A stretch of 64,000 bases of DNA from Lingula anatina (taxonomy: Eukaryota; Animalia; Brachiopoda), in contig CM120649.1 in NCBI GenBank assembly GCA_051362555.1, positions 13,082,001 to 13,146,000 on the forward strand, written 5' to 3'. Each line of letters opens with the position of its first letter. Within the stretch, counting starts at the first letter, position 1. Below are positions 1 through 11,295 of the stretch, piece after piece. The position numbers and the translations under genes are program-made. The notes beneath the pieces were generated by a model. It was not told the DNA's origin. It did no database searches and saw only the letters and a program-made list of their open reading frames with translations.

Positions 1-982
1 TCATGCAAGCAGTGTTTCTATCCCATAGTTATCATATGTGTATATATATGAATGGATATAATATACCCTGTTGCATGAAAACCAGGTGTGGATATATACA
101 GTACATGCAAACTGTCAGTGCCACCAAGTGCTGCCATCTATGGGCTTGTTCCATGCAATGCAGGGAAAATAGGATACTGTGCTCCTACCCATGTTAGTAT
201 TAGCACGACTGCTAAATATGCATAATATACAAGATGCTGCAAGATTTATCCATTTGTTAGAGTACTTCATAACAATCCAGACTTCTCAAACTTTGTCTGA
301 GTCATCACTAGGTGATAGTGATTTTTTTTGGCGTAAAAATGCTGTATTTATTTAATGCTGTATGATATATATTTATACAAGCCCACTTAATCTCAGTCTG
401 ACTCAAGCACATGCCTCAGCAGATGCAGGACCTGCTACCCAAGGCTCTAAAGCAATCCCTCCACGTTCTTTCAAAATATGCATTCAATCCTCAAACCCCA
501 CCTTCCAAAAGCAGAATTCTAATATCCATGATACTAGTAATAAACAACGTAATCAATTTATTCCTGTTGCAAATTCATATGATATAAGTGCCAACAAAGC
601 TCATGCTTCAGTTTCTTATGCAAAAAGCGATCCCTGCATGCCTATCATATTTAGCAGACTGAGAGAGAAATAAAGTTCATCCTGGCTCCCAAAAAGCAAT
701 AAATACTCTTCCTGCCATCTGAAAATCTGCTGATGACAGCATCCAACTACTCAAAGCAAGACCTGATCTTATGCTAAATTCAGCAGCAAGGTTGAACAGC
801 ATTTTACTTGTGTAGTGTACATATTTATTGACAACAGTTTTCTACGTTTGATAACACCAACACAATTCACAATACGAACCAATATTTAGAATCTTTACAA
901 TATAAATGCTTAAAATATATACATACTGATAATACATATAAAGACATTACAATGATTACATCCATTTTCTACCCAAACTTAC

Positions 983-1060
983 TCTACTTTTACCACCACT
1001 TTGTTTGAGATCTTTTTTATTGGATCTATGCCCTTCTTTGTCACTTGATAACCTGTTGTC
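983..1060 (-). CDS. STK24/STK25/STK26: 78-nt phase-0 exon (DNRLSSDKEGHRSNKKDLKQSGGKSR)
   Basis: ATTATTTCAG acceptor, AGA|GTAAGT donor, open frame. Confidence 0.6.
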
Positions 1061-1905
1061 CTGAAATAATGTGACAAATTGGTGAAATCATAGAACATAA
1101 CAGCTCTTGTATCTTCCTGGTTTATCAGCACATACATGTACCCTAGAGTAGAAAGGAAAGAAGGGAAAATTGAAGGTTTTCAAAACGACTGGTAAACTGT
1201 GCCACTACATATTTAGATACATATCAAATATGGCTGTCAAATCCAAGATGGAAGAGATGATTGGTGTGTAAGTTCTGAAAATTAAGCCCTTTGTGTCACA
1301 AACAAAATAACAATAAATAAATATATAAACTTCATATCTTGTAATTTCTTTTCATTAAAAAAATGAAAACTCTTATGTCTTAAATTGCCCTAACAAAGAA
1401 TATCTCAATACACGGCCTTCATATTCCACTGATCTCCAAACTATAACCTAACATAACCCTACTTCTATATTCCACCAAATGCATTTCAAAAGAAACTATT
1501 AAGATACGAAAATTCTTATAACCCACTTAATATATCAAAACTGCAATCCTAGCAAATATCAGGAAAATGGATGTACCTCATTCAAGCCACATGGATAGTT
1601 CTTTAAAATTGTTCACAAGCAAGCAACAGAAGGAAGAAGAAATGTTAGAATACTGCAAGTAACAGCCTTGTCCATCTGAATATATGTTATCAGACAACAT
1701 TTTTTGCATCCGCTGAAGAAGTGCTGACTGTATCCTTTGGTGGTTATTAGTATTTGGTGAAAAAATGTATTAAATAAATGAATAAATAAATAAACAATAA
1801 CAGTTAGTCTTCTATGACAGCTTATTAAAAAAAAAAAAGATGGCTTCCAGCCTGATGTTAAGTTGTTGGTCCCATCACCTGCACACATTCCATATATTAA
1901 CTTAC

Positions 1906-2691
1906 AATCTCTGAGTGTAGTCTTCTCAAAATTGCCATGGATTTGTTCATGACTGGGCCCTCTTTATCATGCACTTTAAGAAGAGTCACATGTTGGCCCT
2001 CTGGCAGTCTGTCCAGGCTGCGTGACTTGGGTGCCCCCTGGTGCTCAGAATCTGAAGTCGTCAATTTAGCCTTGTGGTTCGTATCGCCTTCTCTCTCTAG
2101 ACTGCGGGACTTGAGAATGTGTGGCCCTACGGGTCCCAGATCAGAGTCTCGCGATTTTAGCAAAAAATTCCCCATTCGTAAACCCTCTGGGCTGCGAGAT
2201 TTAGGGGGTGGCTGCTTATCAAGTTCTTTTTCCTGACTTTTTGACCTAAGCAGATATTGCTGCACTGGTCCAATGTCTCGGCCATCAGTCTTCAGAGGGT
2301 CTGGTTTGTCAGCCTCCCTTTCCGTGCTGCGCGAGTTCAGCAAATATTGCTGTAAGGGACTGAGCTCAGGGCTGCGTGGCTTGGGCGGCCCTTGTTTATC
2401 TTGTTCTTTTTCAAAGCCACGCGATTTCAGAAGATATTGCTGTACTGGGCTCATTTCTGGGACTTCTGATTTGGGTGGTTCTTTCTCAATCTCTCTCTCG
2501 CTGTTTCGCGATTTCAGTAAGTGCTGTCCTAGCACTCCCCTCTCTTGGCTGTGAGATGTAGGTATATGTGGCTGTGGTTGCTTGGGATAAATTTCTGGGA
2601 TGCTCGATTTCGGTTTTTGTTCTACATTCCTTTGATCCGAATTGTGTGACTTGGTGATGTGGTTCTTCTCTAGGCTATTTGATTTAGGTGT
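1906..2691 (-). CDS. STK24/STK25/STK26: Large 786-nt exon encoding a 262-aa Ser/Arg/Lys/Pro-rich region with ~30-aa repeats
   Basis: TTATTTAG acceptor in frame with ORF 1897..2535; ATT|GTAAGT donor at 1905 (read-through stops at 1897); 90-nt periodicity. Confidence 0.75.
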
Positions 2692-3349
2692 CTAAATAAG
2701 CAAAGCAAGCAACAAAAGAGTAAGCATTATAATGCAAGTAAAAAATCAAGCACCGCAAAGAGCAAAATGAAGTGGTGAATAAAATCAAAATAATTACTCA
2801 AAACAAAATCAAAATAATTCTAAGAAACTATGTGCTAAATATGAATATCAATCAGCTCACTGCACAGCAGGTACAGAGGGAGCACCATAGAAACAAGTTA
2901 GTATCAAAACTTGATGTAAACCACCACTACTCTATATACCTTCTGTATGCTCTATGGATAAATGGACTACCTAGGAGTTATTCTGTATTGGAGTGCTCAC
3001 TATTTCTATTGTGCAAAATACAACCCTCAGCTGTAAACATGCTATGGCACAACAATAACATATTTGGGACAATGGCAAAAGAAACACCCTTTTCTTTTCA
3101 CCCAGTTGCTAAATAAAGGCGGCCATTTAAAATTGACAGCCATTTTGAAAAGTCTGCAAACAGGACATCATACACCCTACAAAGCCACAGAGAGGAACCA
3201 AGCAATAATGCTGAGACTAACTGTACAAAAGATGTACAATTTTCACAAGAACAGTAATTGAAATGCGGCTCATACTGGAATTTGATTTTGTACTGATGCC
3301 CCAGAAAATCCAAGAGCAACTGCCACATGCTTACGACCACTTTACTTAC

Positions 3350-3418
3350 TTGAACCACATTTCTATTGAGAAAGGCAGGGTCAGACCTCTGAAATGCCTT
3401 CTTTGTTAATCCTGGCTC
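3350..3418 (-). CDS. STK24/STK25/STK26: Candidate 69-nt cassette exon (EPGLTKKAFQRSDPAFLNRNVVQ)
   Basis: GCTTAAC branch-like motif, pyrimidine tract, TTCTAG acceptor, CAA|GTAAGT donor, phase 0/0. Confidence 0.5.
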
Positions 3419-6193
3419 CTAGAATTAGTGTGCATACATACATACAAACATAGAAGCAAAAGTTAAGCTAAAGGCATCCCACAACATCACTAAGCTACAT
3501 AACAGTTCTTGATACATCTATTTATTCTATCAAATAGTGAATGATTCTCACTTCATGATTACTGACATGAACAGAACTCACTCCAGGCCTGTAAAGTGTA
3601 TAGGAAATGCAATATAGCCAGAGACCATATAAATGATAGCCCCATTCTGTGTGCATACCCAGTTCCAGTTGTGTAGTTTTGAACAATGTTTCCAATGTGT
3701 TGTATCCCACTCGCAGCCGCCATTGTGTTAGGTGAGATAGATCTCACCCTATTGGGTAGATGAGCCTTAGCAAAGGACACTTTCAAGCTTCCACATGCTC
3801 TCACATGCACTCTATGGCTCCTTACCACTAAATATCACTTTAAAGTCTAATAGAAAGCACTACAGGCATGCTTCTTATTTTTACTGACTGCAACAACTAC
3901 TGTAACAGCTACAACTATGACATTCTACATCTACCCAGTTCATAGCAGTAATACATCACGATTCCATCCACGCATGGCAGTTCTTCAACAGATTGAGATG
4001 AACTCCTGTAAAAAGCTGGGTAACAACCATTTTGAATCCATAATGTAATGGTGTTTACCAATCAGTAGTTTTTTTTTTTTTTTTTTTTTTGTATTTTTTG
4101 TTAAAATTAATTCCCTTTTTTATTTCTCCTTATGGTCTTCCTCCTTGTACACATTCCTCAGATATTTCTCCAGATTAATTTTTTCAGTATGTATTACACA
4201 TGCAAGCAATTGAATAAGTTCTCTTTTAAATTTTCATTTTATTAGTTGGACTACACCATGCAAAGCGCTATATAAATATATATGAAGAAACCACCCATGC
4301 TCCCTCACAATAGTCTGTGTGCAAGTCTTGGTCCACTGCCATTATACATATAAATACTGTTGATCAGTGAGCATTTTGCAATAGTTGCATTACATATTTT
4401 CTAACATCAGTTATTTTTAAACCATATCAATGCCAATAGTTGACTATTTTAAATAAAAATAATAATGAATAAAATACAGAAAATTTGAAAAGCAACATAT
4501 AAGTAATCCATAACCAAAGTTCTCATGCATATCAGACAAAATGCACTGTACTTATTTTGTGGAAGGACTTCCCTCTTGGAATCATTATTATTAGCATACA
4601 GTTGCTATTAAGATACATTTTGTTTTAATTGGCAGAAAGGTTTGTAATCCACCGGAAAAAAAAAATCAAAGCATAAAAGCCAACAAGCAACAGCTTCAAT
4701 AAATATTTCAAGACATGCATATCAAGTTTTATGATAATTGCAATAATATCTCAAATCCAAATGAACAGGTTTGATAATCAATATGAACAACTTTTTTCCA
4801 GGGGTGACACAATAGAAAGAATATTTTAGAGATATGAAAAGGAATTTTAGTTCGTGTCTAAAAGTATGATTTTGTGAGTAAAAAAATTATAATTTGAGAA
4901 AAAATACTGAATGAAATGATGTCCAAATTATTTGAGATATTACTGCAGCTGAAAAAACATAACATGAACTACTTTATCAAGTAGTAGATATTAATACTCA
5001 AGCTCCACAAGTCTCCAGAACAAGCTGCATGCAAAGGAGCACATGCCATTTTCCTTAGATGTGCTCAGATAACCCTTAGCATTGCGTTAAGATCGAAAAA
5101 AATAAGGCATCAGATATCACAATCACATCATTTCTTCACACTGACAGATTTATAACAAACAAATGACCACATTGTGTAGCCATCAAATACATATATCACA
5201 GTGCTTTGACAAATGTTATATAATGTAAGTGAAAGGTCTGAAAGAGAAGAAACCAGCTGAAGAAAGAGGCTTTCAGCAGATCTCTGCCATCTCACATGAA
5301 TTATCAAAATACTCACTGTGTATGAATTTACAGTCAATTTGAGTTTTGATTACTGACCACTGTAACACTTAAGTGATTTAGTGACAAAATAAGTGAAAAA
5401 TCCATTTTTTTTGGTTAAACTGAATAATTTTGTGGATATGGTGAAAAGTATATGAAAGACTGGGATTTGTTTATAAAAATCTTCATACAGCAGCACACTT
5501 ACTTAATATAAAACTTATAAGATGACAGATAGCGCTCAATGTTGTCAGAGTGCGCCACTGCAAAGCTTCGATGTTGAAACAAAAGAGACACTGCAAGACA
5601 ATTACATGCTCCTGTCTTGCTGCTTTAAGTCTACCCTGATTATATGTGCAATGAAAAGGCAGTGTACCCCAGGGTAAAAGACTGTCCCCCTGGGGTGCCC
5701 CAACACGCCACAGAGACAAACGACAGTGGACAGCTTCTGTTAACAGGACAAAGGTCACTTCTATGGTCAAGAGAAAACCTGAAGAGATGATCCTAAAAGT
5801 GCAAGTGATGAAGCTAGTCAGGCAGAAGTCTGAAGGGTTGACTTGACATCTGTACGTTTTTTTATTTTTTTTCACTGTCTAGTAATAAGTTGTGGAATAC
5901 GTTTATCAGTCCCGATGATGTTTTTAACTAAGTGGTCAAACAAGTAAAGCAACCCCCCTCCCTAAAAATTTAGTGTTCATGAACCTTTAAGGCAGACAAA
6001 ACCATCTCCCTCTTCTGTAGAAAATGTTATGATGTTCAGTCAAGTCAGAATCTGCCCTGACTTTGTGACAAAGACACTCCCTTCTTGCCAAAACACAGGA
6101 AAATAACCTAGAAAACCGCTACCATGAGAGAAAAAAAAAAAAAAGATGAAAACTTGAGATTAGTAGTAGTCAGTTGTAGCTTCCAGAACTTAC

Positions 6194-6271
6194 TGCATTT
6201 TCTACATTCGTCTTAGACTGCACTGGCGGTGCGGGTGGCGCGCGACCCTTGGAATGGCGCCGTACATCAGA
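6194..6271 (-). CDS. STK24/STK25/STK26: 78-nt phase-0 exon (SDVRRHSKGRAPPAPPVQSKTNVENA)
   Basis: GC-rich island, TATACAG acceptor, GTAAGT donor, frame-preserving. Confidence 0.7.
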
Positions 6272-6778
6272 CTGTATAATAACAACAACAAGCAATACCA
6301 ATAAGCTAGCATTCATGGTTAAGACTGCAGGTTGGAGGGCAAAAAAATTATAAAGGCAAATGCAGAACACAACACAAAAACTGTTGCCAAGTATTACTAC
6401 AAACTCTGCATCACTGATTCCCATAATGCAAAGCTTTATCAATAATAGCAATACCTTTTTTGTATCATATTAAAGATCAGTCCAAAATAAAATGCACTTT
6501 GTACAAAATTGGCCTTAGATCTGTGCACAAATGGACTGATGATGCAAGTTTGACCAATATACAGGTCAAAATCCTCCAGGTCTGAACAGAGCTCCAGAGG
6601 GTATTTTATTCCTCATCCCAATGGCACGTATCATTTCAAAATAAATGTTCCTTCCAATCCAATGACAAATAAAAAAGATAATAAATAAATAAATATTAAG
6701 AAAAGCAAAAAATAAAAATTATAAAAAAAATTATAATAAATAAATAAAAATAAAAATAAAAAATGCCTTACAACTTAC

Positions 6779-6965
6779 CTCTTTATCGTTATTACTTTCT
6801 GCTGTTTTGCCTCGTAGGTACGCAGAATCACCATTTTGTACTTTGGGGTTTGCCTGTGAAGGAGGGTTCTCATCTTGATCAAGGTGTAACACCATGTTGG
6901 AGGGAACCTTGATGGTGGGGTAGTCCCAGCTGGTGTCGCCACCGTTGCCTTCTTCACCGTCAGAC
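6779..6965 (-). CDS. STK24/STK25/STK26: Kinase C-terminal linker exon (SDGEEGNGGDTSWDYPTIK...NNDKE)
   Basis: Phase-2 acceptor completes AT|G; WDYPTIK resembles the W-x-F-x-TI[RK] motif of GCKIII tails; GAG|GTAAGT donor. Confidence 0.88.
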
Positions 6966-6992
6966 CTGAAAACGGGAACACATGGATAAAAC

Positions 6993-7159
6993 ATTCACCT
7001 TTCCACAGATTATAGTACTCATGTGCCGTTAACCCATTTCAGCTGGCCGTGGTTTCATGCCTATTTCTGGTAACGCATGAAATGGGTTAACCCAGCATCC
7101 GTGTCACTGGAAAAAGGCATGAAACCAAGACCAGCATCAGTATCTGTGGAAAGGTGAAT
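6993..7159. repeat. Small fold-back element (MITE-like) with 18-bp perfect terminal IR and interleaved internal IRs
   Basis: ATTCACCTTTCCACAGAT/ATCTGTGGAAAGGTGAAT; internal pairs 7029-7041/7078-7090 and 7042-7079/7096-7135. Confidence 0.7.
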
Positions 7160-7481
7160 AATACAATACATAACGTAAAATACATAACACACAGTACTTG
7201 ACATGTGATATGGAATCTGCAGTGTTTAACATCATTGTCAACGCTTCAAAAACTTTTGGGGTATATTAAAGTCTGGGATAGCACTAACACTCGCCAATTT
7301 AGCCAAATACTAAAACTGACTTAAACTGGCTAAACAAAAAGGGCTTGATTTGACTAATTTTAGTCAAATCAAAACCATTTGGATAACAATTTGACAAAAA
7401 AGTAGTGATTTGGCTAAGTGAAAAAAATTGCTAGGCCTACCCCAGAAAGTCTTATGGAACTTGCATGACTTGAATACTTAC

Positions 7482-7627
7482 ATGGACTCCTCATCGCTAC
7501 TACTGTCATCGTCCCCTCCTCCAGCAGCTTTCCACGACTTGTACGCATCTATTAAGTCAATGAGGTATGATGTTTTCCTGGCTTTTTTAATAAATGGATG
7601 CTTTAACAAATCTTTTGCTACTGGTCT
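7482..7627 (-). CDS. STK24/STK25/STK26: Kinase exon: end of the catalytic domain and acidic linker (RPVAKDLLKHPFIKKARKTSYLIDLIDAYKSWKAAGGGDDDSSSDEES)
   Basis: RPxAxxLLxHxFI and KTSYLxxLI motifs typical of GCKIII; TTTTCAG acceptor, GTAAGT donor, 146 nt, phase 0 to 2. Confidence 0.95.
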
Positions 7628-10414
7628 CTGAAAACGAGATAATACAGTGAATTAAGTGATCTGTTTGGACTATGTATATAAAAATATAAACAGTACAATG
7701 ATGTTACTATTTATCAAATTTTTCTTAAATATTTTTTTTCTAGAAATAATCTCTCTCCTTTATACAAATCATTGAATGACAATAACATAAACTCATTTAA
7801 AACTTTTATCTGTAAAGACCTAATACAATTTAATGTTTCACATAGAAAATAAACAATACTTTTAGTTTAACAAAACAGTAATGAAGTTCCCAGTTTTATA
7901 ATAACCATAAAGAGCAAGCTACACTTGACAGATATCCATTAGCAACGAAAGATGTATTAATTTATACAAACCAAATAATAATAAAAAATAATTCAAAATA
8001 AGTGCAAAAGAGTGAGGGGGAAATGATAGAAAAAAAATAAAGAGCAAAGAGGTGCAAAAAGCATACAAGCTCCAGGGGCAGTGACTCATACAAGAAGACA
8101 GGGTCTTAGAAAATAGCTCTGAAACAAATAAAAGAACAGAAAACAAGGAATGTAGTTCGCTTCTGGCAAAGGTGAGTCAAGTTTAAGTAGTTACTTATTA
8201 CTGGAGTCATTGGACCAGTTCATAAAAAGATAGCTCATTTCTATCTGTGTGTGTTTGTGATGTGTGTGTGTGTGCACGCACACAGGCTTGTATTCTTGCT
8301 TGAGAGAAAAAAGGGAATCAACTGAAAAAATATACTTTTTAGCTTATATCTTTTAAACCTAGCAAGGTTAACACAACAGTTCCATTTATTCATTGTTATT
8401 TTGCTTGTTTGATTAATTATTCATCTATCTATTTTATTACTGTGCATATTTTCCTTCCAAAAGACACTGTGTGTGTGCCCATTTACGATAATTCCTAATG
8501 GGATACAATACTATCTGTAATTGTTACACAAAAGTTTCACTCATCGTATTTCAAAAAGGTACCCAACCTCAAAGCTTGGTTGCTATGACAAAACCTACTG
8601 TAATGTATATGACAGAGAGTTGACAATTTTTTTCTTTATGGCAGCCATCAGTAAGTACAATATTTTGAACTTGACTAACCCCCATATCACAATACATGAC
8701 GACTTCATGTCACAAATAGCTGGACACACTATGTCAATTTGTCAATAATGCACATAAACATCAGGGTATGTACCAATTTCTGCCAGTAATGAACAGAGTG
8801 TATTTGCTTGTCATTTTATGACAAGCATATAAATGTCAAAGTGTACAATGACAGAGTGGCTCAGGTGGGAAGTCAGGTGAAGCCGTGACACCGTATATTT
8901 TTTCGTCTTTTTAGTTTCTGTATATGTAAGATTTCATCTAGAAGTTGGCAGCAGATTTTTGTATCACTAAAGGTCCCCTAACATAAATTTATTGAAAATA
9001 ACCTGTTTTTGATCTTCCAGGTTGTTTTTTTCTTCGTTTTTTTCTATTTTGACTTATTCTCGTTTAGAACTCCTGACAGTGACCTGACAGGCACTGGTTT
9101 CATAACAGATTCTGCCCACAAAATTGGTCTAAGCTTTTTGACCAATAATTCGGGTCTACTTTTATTCAAGATAAATAGAAGTCAATTTAAATAGTGTATT
9201 GATTTGCAACATTATTTGCCATGCCTTTATTGTTAGAAATGAGACCCATTATTTTCAGAAATTGAAGTACTACCAGTTCATCCCTGGAAAAAAAATACCT
9301 ACGGTTTGGTGTGAAACACAGAACTGCTGTTCTTGCAAAAAGGATTTTTTGTTCTTTTAAGTTTTTTCTTCATTAAAGATAACTCAAAACACAGAAGCTT
9401 GAAGCTCCTTAATCAAACAAGCCCAAAAAACTCACACCAGCTAAGTACTCATACCTTGGAAAAGCAAAAATTTAGTGGCCGATTTTACCTTTCTACTGAC
9501 CTGTTCATTATACTCTACACGTCTAAAAATTTCAACTATTGCCATTGACTACTTTCATTAATGAATTGACATCTACACTGCATATAGGTACATTTTTAAT
9601 ATCAATAACCAGAATTCAATGTTGGAAATTCATGAAGGATGATGTTCTTCATTAATTTAGCTGAACTCCTATTCAGTGACGTCAATATGACAATAACTGT
9701 GACCTTTAATACTGGTAGCTAGACCTTTTATACTGGTAGCTTGAACAGCACATACAATATTCAGTAAACTGTGTACGAATATAAACAATTGAAATAGATT
9801 TGTATTACTTTTTGCCTTTCTCAACTTGGCAAGTTTACAATTTAGAAAGCTAGTAGGATTATGATACATTATCATGTTTGGATTCCGAATTGATTACTGT
9901 AACAATACATTAAGGTAAGGCTGGGCAAGTCTGCATGCAACGACTTGCGTGCGATGCAAATTCTCTAGGCTAACATCTAGTGCTTTACTCTACTGAGCAT
10001 GCAAATTAACAGAAAAACCAAACATAAATATCAACACACCATTCCCAAAATAAGATGCATTCCCAAAACAGATATGTCCAAATTCCATGTATAAATCTAG
10101 TTTCACAGCTGCACATAATTTAAGTCCTACATTTTCTGCACTAAGTAACATCTTACTGCAATGTTTCACCTTCAAAATTCTCCAAATAGAAGATGGTTCT
10201 GATCATGATAAACAACAGAACTGTCTTGTGATGCTCATAATAAACAACAGAACTGTCTTGTGATGCTAAGTTAAAATGCTGCTTTATCATGTTTAAAAGT
10301 ACATTTTTAAATAAAAAAATTTGTGTTTGGTTGTTTTTCTTAATCTGTCATATACCAGTTGGCAAATGTCAAACTCATCAGTAAAATCAAAATACTGCCC
10401 AGAACAAAACTTAC

Positions 10415-10600
10415 ATTTTTGGGATCCTTATTAAGGCAAGTGTCTACAAAGTCTTTAAAGCTCTTGCTATAGGGACCGTGAAGCTTGGGGCTATTGTTTT
10501 TTGGAATGAGGAAGAGCACTTTCATTGGATGGAGCTCCGAGTTTGGAGGTTCACCCTTGGCGAGTTCTATAGCAGTAATACCTAAACTCCAGATGTCTGC
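10415..10600 (-). CDS. STK24/STK25/STK26: Kinase exon IX-XI, copy B ([62 protein letters not shown])
   Basis: 186 nt, phase 0/0, CTACAG acceptor, GTAAGT donor; paralogous to copy A. Confidence 0.92.
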
Positions 10601-11109
10601 CTGTAGTGGTAGAACACAACCAAAATCATACACAAAAGAAGACAGAATGATAGCAAGCAGTGAGGGAAGGGGGAGGGGCAGGGGGAGCATACATTTATTT
10701 TTTTTGGTCAACGACGCAAGGTGGTACCTTTCCATAGTGGCAATGGTTGGCTGTCAGCACGGGAAAGTTGAAAGTTGTCAAGTTGTTATGAAGCATGCTT
10801 TAGGTCCTAGACCTACTTCTTTTCATGTTTGATTTTTTAATTTTTTTAAAAAATTGCTTTCATTTTTTTTTTACAAAGGACATGCACCTTATACCATTTT
10901 GCTTGGTAATTTCAGTTTGGAAATTCAGTTCATGACTACTGCTACCAAATCATGCAATCGAAAATATCTAGATATAGACATGACACCATGCCAACAGCAG
11001 CCATATTGAAAAGACAGAGACGAGAACGCTGAAACACCATGCACATGCCTGGCACCATCTTGCCTCTATAACCCACAGGCAAAAACATTAAACACCATCA
11101 ATAACTTAC

Positions 11110-11295
11110 ATTGGATGGGTCCTTATTTAGACACATCTCTACGAAGTCTTTAAAATTGCGACTAAAAGGCCCGGTCAATTGTGGAGGGTTATTTTTTGGG
11201 ATGAGAAACAGGACTTTCATTGGGTTTTGATCAGCATATGGGGGCTCTCCCTTGGCCAGTTCAATTGCTGTAATTCCTAAACTCCAGATATCAGC
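11110..11295 (-). CDS. STK24/STK25/STK26: Kinase exon IX-XI, copy A ([62 protein letters not shown])
   Basis: 186 nt, phase 0/0, TTTGCAG acceptor, GTAAGT donor, open frame. Confidence 0.92.

Noticed and set aside
1937-2561. Plus-strand ORFs overlapping kinase exons (also 10485..10832, 16012..16227, 17312..17515)
   Set aside because: Antisense shadows of real minus-strand coding exons.
3559-3828. Minus-strand ORF between the tail exons
   Set aside because: No in-phase acceptor or donor found and no recognisable homology.
10209-10268. Short tandem duplications (also 9700-9741, 28859-28902, 31355-31421) and many poly-G/poly-C runs
   Set aside because: Ordinary slippage products with no evidence of function.
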